From Bugula neritina (lineage: Eukaryota > Animalia > Bryozoa): a DNA stretch of 64,000 nucleotides. Each line of letters starts with the position of its first letter. The stretch's first letter is position 1. Shown here piece after piece: positions 24,337-35,929 of the stretch. Location: assembly GCA_964035545.1 (NCBI GenBank), contig OZ037769.1, forward strand, positions 12,492,633-12,556,632, given 5' to 3'. A program made the translations under genes and the position numbers. The notes under the pieces were generated by a model, which worked only from the letters and a program-made list of their open reading frames with translations, was not told the DNA's origin and did no database searches.

Positions 24337-27300
24337 TCAAACATTCTGTACAGTTGGTAACGGTTCCAAGTCACCCGGATCATTAATGATAAGAACAGTA
24401 GATCTAGGTCTTAGAGAATTCCTTCCATGCTCTGAAGATTTGCATATGGTCCTTGACCCTTTCGGATCATTCTCAATGGGAAACAGTTTGCTGATACATA
24501 TCTGTGTTATAAAGGCGTGACGAAACTTCTTAGACATGGCACTGGAAATAAATGTGAGAGAGAATGAGTGACATGGTATACAATGAACGATGCCTAATTA
24601 TCTACCAACTATACTAGTAGAGATGGCACACAATAATCACACTGATATATTCCTATACTTGTATATCCACTCGTTGTACCCACTTGTCGTCAATTTATTG
24701 CAAAAGTAGCTCTTATATTTAAGTTTATAAATACATAAATTTATATTAGAATGAGATGAACTAATTAGCATTCTCTGTTCTGATTGGTGGTTACAATTTA
24801 AAGTGCTTCTTTTTTACCATAACTAAATGTATTCTAAAACACCCAATATTATCAAGCGTCAATGCCAAGGAAAAAAACTCCATTATAAGCATAATAAACT
24901 TTACTTAATAGAAATAACCATTCTTATTTTTTCCAAGTTTTACTTTTAAATCGGCCAATGCAATTGGTTGTGCATATCTAGTGAATGAATAACATAATAA
25001 AATATTAATGTTATTACCTGTAAAGGATAGGGTTCATTGCACTGTTTGTATAAGCCATGATCTTTACTGATAGATAAAACCAGTCATTATAAAACCTCTT
25101 GTGCTCAGCTGCGAAGGAGTTGTACACTACCCAGGACCTGTACGGGAGCCACAGTACAGCAAACAACACTGTCACCACAATCAGCATCTTCACTACCTGG
25201 AAGATAAACGTCATCATGTTTATTGCTGAAGTTGTCCTCTTTTTTTAATTTTAAAGGCTTCTAATCATAAGTCTAATGACTACATGTATTACCTTATTTT
25301 AATGCATCACCATTTTAGTTTGTCAAATTATCTACCATCTAATCCACATAATAATAAGGGCTGACGAATTAGACAATAGTAAATAAAAATTTTAAGCAAC
25401 AAATTCTACAGGTGGGATCCAGCTGAATCAATGGATGAATGTCAAATGGACAGATAACTCCTGCAAACTCATACCAGCATGATTTTGCAAAAGAGTCTGC
25501 ACATAGAGGAGTGGTTAGCTTAAGCTGGAAAGTGTTAACCTTCAGTTGAAGAACATCAGTTATTGATTTAACAGCAATGCTTATGCAATGATGCTTTCCT
25601 CTTTGCATCTTTTGCCCAGAAAATTATTGTTTATATACATGTCCAATGAGAGAAAGTTTAAGCTTTTACCAATTAGCCTTGTTATAACAATGAAGAAACC
25701 ACAGTGTATAAGTCATCTAGTAGTATCTATGTTCTTCTACAAGGTAGCAATTGCTGGTTGTAATTCGTTAATATTGTGTACAGTGTGCTCAGTAATAACG
25801 AACTCATTATCTGCAGCTCCTGCTGTTAATGCATCTTTCCTGGTTGTTTGATGGCCAGACATCATAATCTAATACGAATTTATAATAATCACAATCATTT
25901 CTAGCTATTGACATATGTATATTTTTCTTTAATTACTTGAGTTACACTTATATTGGTTTAACTAATCAATATTTTATTAGTTAATTGAGTCTTTGTAAAG
26001 AAAAGATTAAGCATTGCAGCTTTACTTTACTTAAACTGAGTTTAGATAGTTCGATACAACTGGTCATTTAATTTTATTGTTTTCATCTTCCTAATTAGCT
26101 TGGATTTTCTGAGAAAGCTTTGGTAAAAGAGTTATTCAATACAACATTGTTTTGAATAACTACATGTAACATCTCTAAAGGTGTTTGTATGTTGTCCTTA
26201 GAGAGTAAGTAGCAGTATGTAATAAATTGAGCTAACTATGCAAAGCATGCATCATTCCAGTAAAACAATGGCTGCACTGACGCATTATACTCTATTCTAC
26301 GAAAAACAAGTCACACATTTTGTTTTAAAGTAACAACTACATATCTGGCCACTAAACTCGGATCTAATCATTTCTGTGAAAATGAAAACAATAACTTAAA
26401 CAATTTCTTTAAAATATGCAGTCATTTTGGTAGAAATATCTGTTAAGAATCTCAAAGTCCCCGAGGTCTAGGGTTTGAATCTCAGTGGGGACAAAAGTTT
26501 TACAATATTGTAACAAAAATGCAATAAACTCTGAAATGCAACTCATTAACCATTTGAGTTTACCTACTTAAGCTCAGGAGTTCAACTTATAAATACATAG
26601 TAACCTCATCACGTATATTATTGCTACTCAACTTTAGCTATTATAGCCGAAACTCATTATATAAGATAGGTAACTATTATTGCATTATTTACTAAAGTAT
26701 AATTTAGTTGGAGAGTAATGTTTAGATCTAGTCAATGTCAGGAGAATCTGGCTGCCTGAAGCCTGTCTTATATTCGTAAGACATGTTTTCTATTGGTCTA
26801 ATCAAATATGAGTTTCTGTCTAATTTGTTTGAACCCTCGTGCTGCTGTAGAAAATAGTCATGTGAGTTCTTCGATTTTAGGTAATAATGGCACAATTGGA
26901 GAAGTAAGTAAAAATGGCCACTGATGCTTAATTTTCCCAAACCCATGCCCTCAACTCGTAAACCCCCTTCCTAAATTCAAACCTTTATCCCAAACCTAAA
27001 CCCTCCCTGCCAAATCCCCAACCCCCTACCCTAAATCCTAATATTGAAAATGTGCCATTTTTACCTACTTTTCAAATTGTGCCATTTTTACCGGACACCA
27101 AGTTCTTGAGTTGGTAAAAATGCTTTATTGTTTTTTATTGTCTTTTTATATCAAAAGAGTTCACCTTTAGTCCCACGTTGATAAAGTTTGAATAGTGTCT
27201 GCATGATATGTTAATCAAAGCTAAAAAATACTGAAGAAGCTTTACGAAAATAAGCTTCAAAGTTATTTACTGCTGCAAAGTTTTACAAATTGTTGTGTTT

Positions 27301-30300
27301 ATTTGGCTTTAGGCACATAGGTACAAGGATGACATTTTTATAAGCATCAGCTTAAATTATACTATAAATTTATCATCACACCGTGTTGTTAACCACAACA
27401 GCTTGATACTTAATGGAAGACTTGCAAAATAAACTTGTTATAGGTAAAATAAACGGTATAGGTAAGGTGATTCAAAATATAATGAATCATTAATTTCCAA
27501 TAATCTCAACCAACGTATTAACTTTTACATAAACATTTTCAGAGACACTATGCTAGACAGGCGTATATTCTAGAACTTATCATGTAGCTCCTGGTGAGAT
27601 TTGAACTCTAGCCATAAGACGCTGGAGTAGAATACCGCTGTGGTGTTATTGATTAAAATAGTGTTAGAGTATTTAGCTGCAGGTTTACCAAAACAGGCAT
27701 AACCCCTTGGCACATCCTTGTATATAATTACGATATAGTGAATATGTCCACTAGACACTTTAAGTGGCTTTACTGCTGATGAAGACCAACAAGTTTATTT
27801 AAGTGAGCTTATATACAGTTCATCGGCAAGTTGAAATGCATTGATTTGTAGTTATGGAAAATCTCTGTCAATCACATTATAGTTTTTATAGCCGTTTATG
27901 TAAAAGAATACCTATAAATTGATGAATTTATTATATCCAGATTGGATAAAATGTTTTCAAAAAAGTAAATAGTTTCAGATCCAATAAAGTCACAAATACG
28001 TCTTTTAGAACTTAAGACTGGGAACAGCTACTTAGTTAGTAAGTAAAAGCATTAGAGTACAGCACTTGGACTTCTGTACTTATAATAGCTGAAGTGGTTA
28101 AATGAGCTAAATTAAACGACTAGTTCATTGCTTAACTAAGCCAATTATTCAACCTACACTACTTTTAATATTGTTATATGTTTTGATTGCAATACCATTA
28201 CCCTTGTTGGTGAAACTGTTTAATGTAATTATTGGATCTGTTATCTTTTAGGTTTTCACGTAGATAAGACAATTTTTGAAATGAAATTAAAATTAATGTG
28301 TAAAGGTTGACAGCCATAGTTTGCTGTAACTGTAGAGTGCAGCGAAATGGTGTCTCTAGAATAATATATAGTTTATTATCTATGAATTCTTTTAGCAATG
28401 TCTACAGCTATACTCATTCATTTGAGTTTACTAGTATTAAAACGTTTATTGATTACTATTTATATTATGCCATATTCTAAAACTTCAACATTGCATAATT
28501 GAAGATTTTCAATTCAAACGATTATAATATAGTTTATCATACTGTGAGCTATATTTTTATATTTGAAAGAAACCAATCTTTAGCAAAGTTACCACTATAA
28601 TTATTGTGTCCATCAAATTGCTAAAAGTTATGATTAGAATAATAATTGAAATGCTTTCATCTGTCAATATCTGTATTGAGTAAAAGGTTATCATACGAGC
28701 TATTTTAGCTTCTATATGATTGATTTTAAAGCTCACTGTCGACATCAAACTTTCTCCTTTTAAATTTAAAGATTGAGCAGCATGATGAACAATACACTTG
28801 TGCATGTTGAACGTGCTAGATTTGATGTGTATCAATTTTCATTACAAATTATTATATATTGGGTCCTCACTGGCATTAGAATTCAACATTTTAGTTCAGT
28901 TATTATAAATACAAACAAATGTTATAGTTGGTTGTTTGCATCCGGAGAAAATGAAATAGAAGAACAGAAAATTGAGTATATACCATTAGCTTACTGAAAG
29001 AGCGAAAGTTATTTAGGATGAGATGTTACACCGGTATCTTTTCTTGTGGGCAACTCCATTCAGTAGGACAAAAAGCTAGTTTGCTTTAACATTAAAGCTG
29101 AGAAAATATCTCCAGCAGTCAGGTATGATAACAAATGTTTTACGAAACCCTCTTACATATATCTGAATGACATGCAACACACTTTTGATAAGGATACATG
29201 CAAATTAAAATCACATGAAAAATACTATAAAACAAAATATTAGTTGTGAAAGTAGGTTTTTTACCCGCGACAAATGTTTTAAAAGTAAAAAAACTTTTAT
29301 AGAAGCATGCAGGAAGTAAAACTCAAAGCAGTAATTCATGTCGACAACTAGAAGCGCACATTGTGTGCAGCACATAGGACGCAGAAATTCATAGTAGCTG
29401 TTCAAATTAAGTCCTCTTTGATTTCAAGATGATCGTTTTACAACAGTTTGAGAATTGTTACTATATTTATCAGTCTAAATAAAATGTAAAATTACCAATA
29501 AAACATTAATGCATATCATAACATTATTACATATATATAAACATAGGAGTACGCAAGTGTAACACACGCACACGCACACACACACACGCACACACACACA
29601 CACAAACACACACACGCACACACGCACACACGCAGCTCACACACACACACACACACACGCACACACACAAACACACTCACACACACACAAACACACAATA
29701 TGTATTATTATTACATACAGTGTTATTGTTTTATAAACAAATATTGAATTGCACTTTTAAAGATTTGCTAAGCCACTAAAAATGAATTTAAATCTAAAGG
29801 TAAAAAATTATAGTTGAAGTTTATTTTAATAATGAAGTTTTTTCTAAAAGTTTGCAATAATTTCTACATACTGTTTTATAACACTTTAAGCTCTATTGAA
29901 GCATCAGAAAATAACAGTACAATAATGCATTAATTAATATTTTTAAACTTGGATGAATTATAGAATTTAATACAAGTTCTAAAAATTATTGTGTAAAAGA
30001 TGTTTTCAATACACATTCAATGTTTTTATCTGTTTATTTAGTAAGCTTTCATTAGCAGCATACAATGCTAATTTTAAAAGCAATGAGTCAAGCAAAAGTC
30101 AGGTTTAGTAAGTAAATAACAGAGCTGCTATTTTAACAATTGCTAATTGGAGCTACATGACTATAATATAATATATTAATAGTTGGTACTTAGCGTGGCA
30201 CCGTGATTTCCATACCCTATAGCAGTGGTTCCCAACCTTTTTCATACCATTCCTGCTTTCACAAATATTTACTACTAATTTCCTCCTTTTGAAAATTGCA

Positions 30301-31814
30301 CTTTATACGCACTCAAAAATGACTGACAACATATGATGATACAAATCTATATTTTTCTATCAAATTTGATTATAATACAATGGTTACAATATTATTATGC
30401 ATGTATAAAACGCAGAGCAGTTTAATTATTAATAATGTGATGAATACAGTTGATGCTTTTGTGCCAACTTGCTGACTCTGTTTTTGACAAGCCAAACCTC
30501 AGGTCGCTCAATGCAAGTCAAGGCACATAGAAAGGCACATAGAAAGGTGGTGACACCAAAATTCTTAGTGCTTTGTCAGCTATGCGTTGATATAGATTTT
30601 ACTCATTGAAACCCATAGAACTGGTCATTTAGTAAAGACTGCATCGCGGAATTATTAAATATACTTAAATGAAATCCTTCTGTAACTCACTACTAAAATC
30701 TAATCAACAGAGCGTTGAAATGAGTCACATAAAATGGGGTCACGTGTCAAGTTGAGAAAAAGTCAGATAAGCATGTACTTTAGAAAATATGGGTTGAAAA
30801 TTCAGAAATCATTAGTGAATTGCATGAAATGTTTAGAAATGGAATTACTTCTTTAAAAAGTCAAAATTATCCTCAGGTTGGGAACTACTGGTGTGGAAAT
30901 TGGAGATCTGGATTGATCCCCACTAGAGGCAGGTATTTTACAACTAGAAATGAGTTTTAAGTTGGCAATTAATATTTTACCTGAAGTCGAGCTGCTTGAA
31001 GCCGTTTTGCTGCTTCTACACCAACTCCCTTGTGCACAGTGCATCTTATTTCAAGCTTATCTTTTTTCAAGTGTTGAGTTTCTGGCTTGTCCTGCAAGTT
31101 TGGGGAGGTAAGCGACATCTTCAAACCTCTGGCACTGTGACACAGAGTTCTGGCTATGAGAGTGTAAAGTGTGCAGGTGGCGGCCAACGGTAGAATGTAG
31201 AAAAGAACCAAGTCAACCATGTAAATATATGCATATTCATCCCTCTCTACTCTGTAAGTACACGTCTGTATGGTTACATTTTCATCGACTAGTCTATATG
31301 GGAATGTTGTGGCCAAGTACAACCAGCTTGAGTGATACAGAACACCAAAAACCCAAAGCGAAAGTATCACCAACTTGGCACGGTGATGAGTACAAAGACT
31401 TTGGGCACGGATTGGATGACAAATGCCGATGTATCTCTCTACTGTGAACGCCGTGATGCACAAAGCCGAGGTATTTATTCCTAAATATTGGAGGAAAATA
31501 AAAATCGCACAAAATACTGGTCCTAAGAAGAACTGTCCGCGGTAAAAAAATGAATCGAACATAGCAGGCAGAGTACAGCTTAGCAAGATTAGCACATCTG
31601 AACAGGCCAAGCTAACCAAATAGAAGTTGGTTATGGTTCGCATTTCTTCACTTCTAATCACCACGACGATAACCAACACATTTCCTAATAGTCCAGTTAG
31701 GAAAACAATTATCAAAAGTAAAGTAGCAACAATTTGGTAGGTTGAGCTAAAATCAACTGCCTCATTTTGCTCAGATATAAAAGTAGTAGAATTCAAAGAT
31801 AACTCTGATCCCAT
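24337..31814 (-). CDS. TRHR: Thyrotropin-releasing hormone receptor-type class A GPCR (~405 aa)
   Basis: Exons 31814-30981, 25196-25018, 24541-24337. TRHR-like segments TNFYLVSLACSD, QYLGINTSALCITAFTVERYIGICHPIRAQSLCT, QVVKML...LWLPYR, NSAMNPILYSAMSKKFRHAF. Confidence 0.9.
26888..27099. mobile_element. Non-autonomous element: ~31-bp inverted repeats around degenerate CCTAA-type repeats
   Basis: TGGCACAATTGGAGAAGTAAGTAAAAATGGC is the near reverse complement of GCCATTTTTACCTACTTTTCAAATTGTGCCA. The interior is rich in CCCTAAA/CCCAAA. Confidence 0.6.
29563..29697. repeat. Imperfect (CA)n microsatellite
   Basis: Directly visible. Confidence 0.95.
30223..30890 (-). mobile_element. Decayed hAT (Charlie/Buster-type) DNA transposon derivative in TRHR intron 1
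   Basis: TIRs CAGTGGTTCCCAACCT / AGGTTGGGAACTACTG. The minus strand has frameshifted remnants of a hAT C-terminal dimerization region (WVSMSKIY / RIADKALRILV / DLRFGLSKTE / KLAQKHQLYSSH*). The 8-bp TSD is not preserved. Confidence 0.75.
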
Positions 31815-32388
31815 GATGCTGCCTAATCTGTTGGAGACTGCTGCCTGCGCTTCATTCCCCTTGTGCTGATTTGATGAGCTGGTAGCTGCTTCAATAGACT
31901 GTGCTTGAATGAAAAGGCAGCCTTCTCTAAATTATTGAATTTATGCAAATTGAGTATATATGGAATACAGTTATATGTACAATGCATAGTGTCTTACATA
32001 AACCGACATTACATTATGTTGTACATAGTAATGTTATGCAAATTATATCTCTTAGGAGTTATTTTCCAGGATAATGTTCTACCTATGAATATGTGTACTG
32101 CACAGATTTCGACATTCCCTTAATTTCTGATGAAGTTTACTTGAAGAAAACAGACTATAATAACATGTGTTGTAATAGTATGATTGCGCTGTTGTGCCAG
32201 CAGCTGCTGAATTGCTATGATGGTTCGCATGACATGCAGCTGCTTACAGTGCAAAAGTTATTGTAATCAATGGCTTTTAAAAAACATAGCTTAGCGCTGT
32301 TACCTTGAATATTGCATTTACCTTGCAATTGGTGAGGTGTTTGAATGCTTTAAGTTATAAATTGTTTGAATGTAAATTCTTTAAAGTA

Positions 32389-33705
32389 GGGGTAAGGGGG
32401 GGCACAACGGGCCGAATTTTGCATTTGTTGCTCTCATTCGTCTGTTTTTTAAGTTACTAGTTCAATAATCTCTAGTCTTAATGCTACATCTGTTGTCTAT
32501 TACAGGTACCAGTTTGTTGTTTCTATCTCTTTCACAACTTTCAGAATAATGAAATTTTCATGACCAAAAAATTGGCCCATTGTGCCCCGGTACCGGGGTA
32601 CAATGGGCCACTGGGTGGGACACAACAAATATATGGAAATTTTGCGTATTTTGTTATATCTGATCTTTATTTATTTAATAATACAAATAAATAAAGATAC
32701 TCTTTTAGATTTACAGCAAAATTCATGTTTTAGCTGTACAGTTTGTGCCACTACGGATAGCAGAGGAGGGCAAAATCAAACGCACGTCACTCGGTTCTGC
32801 AGTGCCATTATCATTACTGTTTAAAACTAAAAATGTTTTGTTATTTTTACTTCAGAGCAACGTTTATTAAAAAAAACTTTACTAAAATGTACTACAAAAT
32901 TCTGAGTGAACTTTTTTCAATGAACTGTAGCTAAGGTGCATGCATGGCTGAGGCTTGTGACTGGAGTACGGAAGGGAGAGGGGGGAGCAAATGAGCAAAT
33001 CACAATTTATTTCAGTCAAATGCATGTATATTCCCTCAATGGTGTAATATATAATGATTATCATGACTATCTACTAGTAGCAACAGCAGAGTGTTTTGTA
33101 TTATGTATAAAATGGCAAAGCTTCAACCTCACCAGATGTATGTATTAGGAGAGCTTCAACTTGTAGTTTTGTAGTCTTACCATGATGTCTTTGATATTTT
33201 ACAAAAAGGTCAGAAATGGCTATATCTATAGATTTTAGTAACATTTCAACCAACTTTTTGGGCAAACAAACTAATAACAGTGATCAGGGTGCAATAATCA
33301 GGTGGCCCATTGTGCCCCGGTCAGCGTGGCCCATTGTGCCCCGTGTGGCCAAATTGAAAATAAATGTGCCTCAAGGAAAATTTATTTCAGTGTTTGCTGT
33401 TATACTAGAAAAGCATTGTAGAGACAAGCAATGGCAACAATATTAGTAAAATCTAGGCTTCTTGCCTTTGAGTGTAAAAAGTTATAAGGCTTCAACGACA
33501 TCCTAAAAAATTTACAAAAAGTAGGCAAAAACAGTTTTTCACTCGCCTTTTCAACACGTATGTTCCGCAAGTGTTGAAACTACAAAGGCTAAATAATTAT
33601 GTCAATATCTTTTTATGGAGAAAAAATCACAACTCTAAGTCAATAAGTTCTCTCACAATTTGGCCGTCTTTTTGTACCCCTATGACCGTTGTGCCCCGTT
33701 ACCCC
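32389..33705. mobile_element. Non-autonomous TA-targeting (Tc1/mariner/pogo-type) element, ~1.3 kb
   Basis: TA|GGGGTAAGGGGGGGCACAACGG ... CCGTTGTGCCCCGTTACCCC|TA, with internal copies of GGCCCATTGTGCCCCG near 32573, 33304 and 33328. No transposase ORF. Confidence 0.85.
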
Positions 33706-34726
33706 TATAGTTATCAAGATTGCAATAACATATATATTATTTTATGATGTTATATAATCATAACCTAATTATATCATATATTATTATATTATTGCTTTCG
33801 AAAATAAACTTGCAGAAACTCAGCTTGTTGCAGTAGAATTGAAAAAGGTTTTAAGAATGTTGGTTCTAAGCAAGATGCTAATCTGTTGTAGTAATTTGTG
33901 CAATTACTGTGCGTGAGTTCCTAGCTTGTAATTATAGTCTATTTATCCACATCAATAAAGTATTTAAATAAGATTCAACGAGGTTTATTTACTACTAAGT
34001 ATAATAAGAGATATCAAAAGTACACAGATTAAAAACACTACATCTTTACTATTCGAGTACGCTCTCTCTACTACTTGCTACATTGCTGGGGGTTATCACA
34101 TGACGCACTCTTATTGGCTAAGGGGACGCGCGTATTATGTACTCACTAATCTGTAGCACAATTTCAATGTGTCTTATCTAAGATACACTTAGCAAAATTC
34201 TCTCATTAATTTATTTTGTTGAAAAACTTGAACCATATTTGCTACCACTTAATTTCTATAGAAGATGCAAGACTGAGTTTAGTATTATAGATATAAAAAT
34301 GTAGCCAAATATATTAATACATTCTTAGGTAAACTGGAAGAACATTTTAATTGATGAAACGAAAGTTAAACTCTTTTTAATTATAAAAAGTTTAAACGAT
34401 GCCAATAACTTATGTATATAGATTTGAAGTTTGGTCAAAGTAGAAATTACAGCTCACAAAATCTTATAGTAATAATTTGCTTAATGCTGTTTATTATTGT
34501 TATATCATTATTAGGCAAATCATTTATTAATTGAGCTGCTTAATTTAGATGAAAGCATCAAAAAGTTACTATATGACACTGACATTATGCACTTCTCCGC
34601 CATTAATTTTATTTAGTTTCATGATAAATACAGCAGTGTGACAGTGTGACATCAACGCAGATGATAACTGGGAAATTAACGTTATAATACAAATCTGATG
34701 GTTCGGTCGTCCATAGCATAAAAGCT

Positions 34727-35929
34727 TCATATGATCTGTGGCCTGTATGGGTAACAGGGAACCATGGGCAGACAACCCTCTCCTGATTTATGAAGCAACA
34801 AAGACTGACTTTGAGCAAACATTATTATTAGAGCTTTGTATTTAGAAATCAACTTAGAATCTGGTATGTCGACAATGATTGTGCATTGCTGTTGATAAAT
34901 GCAAGCAACACGTGTGTTAGGACATTCTGCTGAAACAACGACAAACATCAACTGCGGTGACTCTTTGCGATGGATGGTAAAGATCTCGGAGTTCTGCTCG
35001 GTGTCAATGACTGTATACTCGCAGACGTTTTTGAAGAACATGCCTATAGGGTCTCCCGTGTCACTGAACAGTGCGACTGTGTTTTTATCTTTTCCAAAAG
35101 AGGAATAAAACTGCAGATAACCAAACGTATCTCGGAAGACAATGGAATGAGCCTGGGAGCAGGGATCCTCTTCAATCACCAGTTTGATAATTCCAGAGCA
35201 ACCATCTAATAAGTCCGTAAAGCGACTTCTCTTTAGGCCTTTACACGCTGCACGGAGAGTAAATCGAGAAGTTTCGGATAAGGAATTTAAACTGGGTGGA
35301 CAAGGGTTTCCAGGTGTGAGCTCGCAGAGAATGTTTTGTGGCATGGAATACTCGTGCAGTCTATAAATGGAGTGATAGACTTTCAACGCGTACAAAACAC
35401 AGAGTGACCTGATTCGGCCTGTGCCAACAGGAAGTCCAAATGACAGCACTGCGGTGCAGTTTCGTTTCGACAAGTCTCCTATATTGTCTCCGTTGACATT
35501 TTTAATACTAATCTTTGCATCGTGGCTTTGCACATGCTCGGGAGGGTGTTTAATAGTTAGCTGTGAGGAGTTGTCTCGCTTTCCATCATAAATGAGAAAT
35601 ATTGTATTATGATGTACTTCAGCCATCTTTACTGTTTTACCAGCTCTATCGAACCCACGAACTACCATTACTCCAACTTTGGATGAGAGTCCACCTTCAC
35701 TAAAACACAGAGCGTTGTCACGCAAATCTTTCATTTCTACGTATTCTTCATTTTCCTGTACATGTATTCTACTGAAGACCTCATGGTTTGAGGCCATGAT
35801 GTTATACACACATTTACCTTCACAGTTCCTGCCTTGAGCTCTAAGGCTAACACTCGCATTGCATTCTAAATGAGAGTAGACTTCACTTTTAGCTTGCTGT
35901 GCACCACATGTGCTCAGCACGGATGCCAT
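34727..35929 (-). CDS. Intronless 400-aa protein, probably two tandem phospholipid-scramblase/tubby-like domains
   Basis: Long stop-free ORF with raised GC in AT-rich DNA. PGNPCPPSLNSL resembles the scramblase N-terminal PNCPPGLEYL motif. Both halves end in an IG/VA-x-I strand, a Pro-containing turn and a hydrophobic helix (RSLCVLYALKV; KYKALIIMFA). The CDS is well supported; the fold is inferred. Confidence 0.75.
   Translation of the reverse strand: MASVLSTCGAQQAKSEVYSHLECNASVSLRAQGRNCEGKCVYNIMASNHEVFSRIHVQENEEYVEMKDLRDNALCFSEGGLSSKVGVMVVRGFDRAGKTVKMAEVHHNTIFLIYDGKRDNSSQLTIKHPPEHVQSHDAKISIKNVNGDNIGDLSKRNCTAVLSFGLPVGTGRIRSLCVLYALKVYHSIYRLHEYSMPQNILCELTPGNPCPPSLNSLSETSRFTLRAACKGLKRSRFTDLLDGCSGIIKLVIEEDPCSQAHSIVFRDTFGYLQFYSSFGKDKNTVALFSDTGDPIGMFFKNVCEYTVIDTEQNSEIFTIHRKESPQLMFVVVSAECPNTRVACIYQQQCTIIVDIPDSKLISKYKALIIMFAQSQSLLLHKSGEGCLPMVPCYPYRPQII

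Noticed and set aside
26960-27040. Interstitial telomere
   Set aside because: Too degenerate, and enclosed by the inverted repeats of a probable mobile element.
29516-29698. Cys/Val-rich ORF
   Set aside because: Translation of a (CA)n microsatellite.
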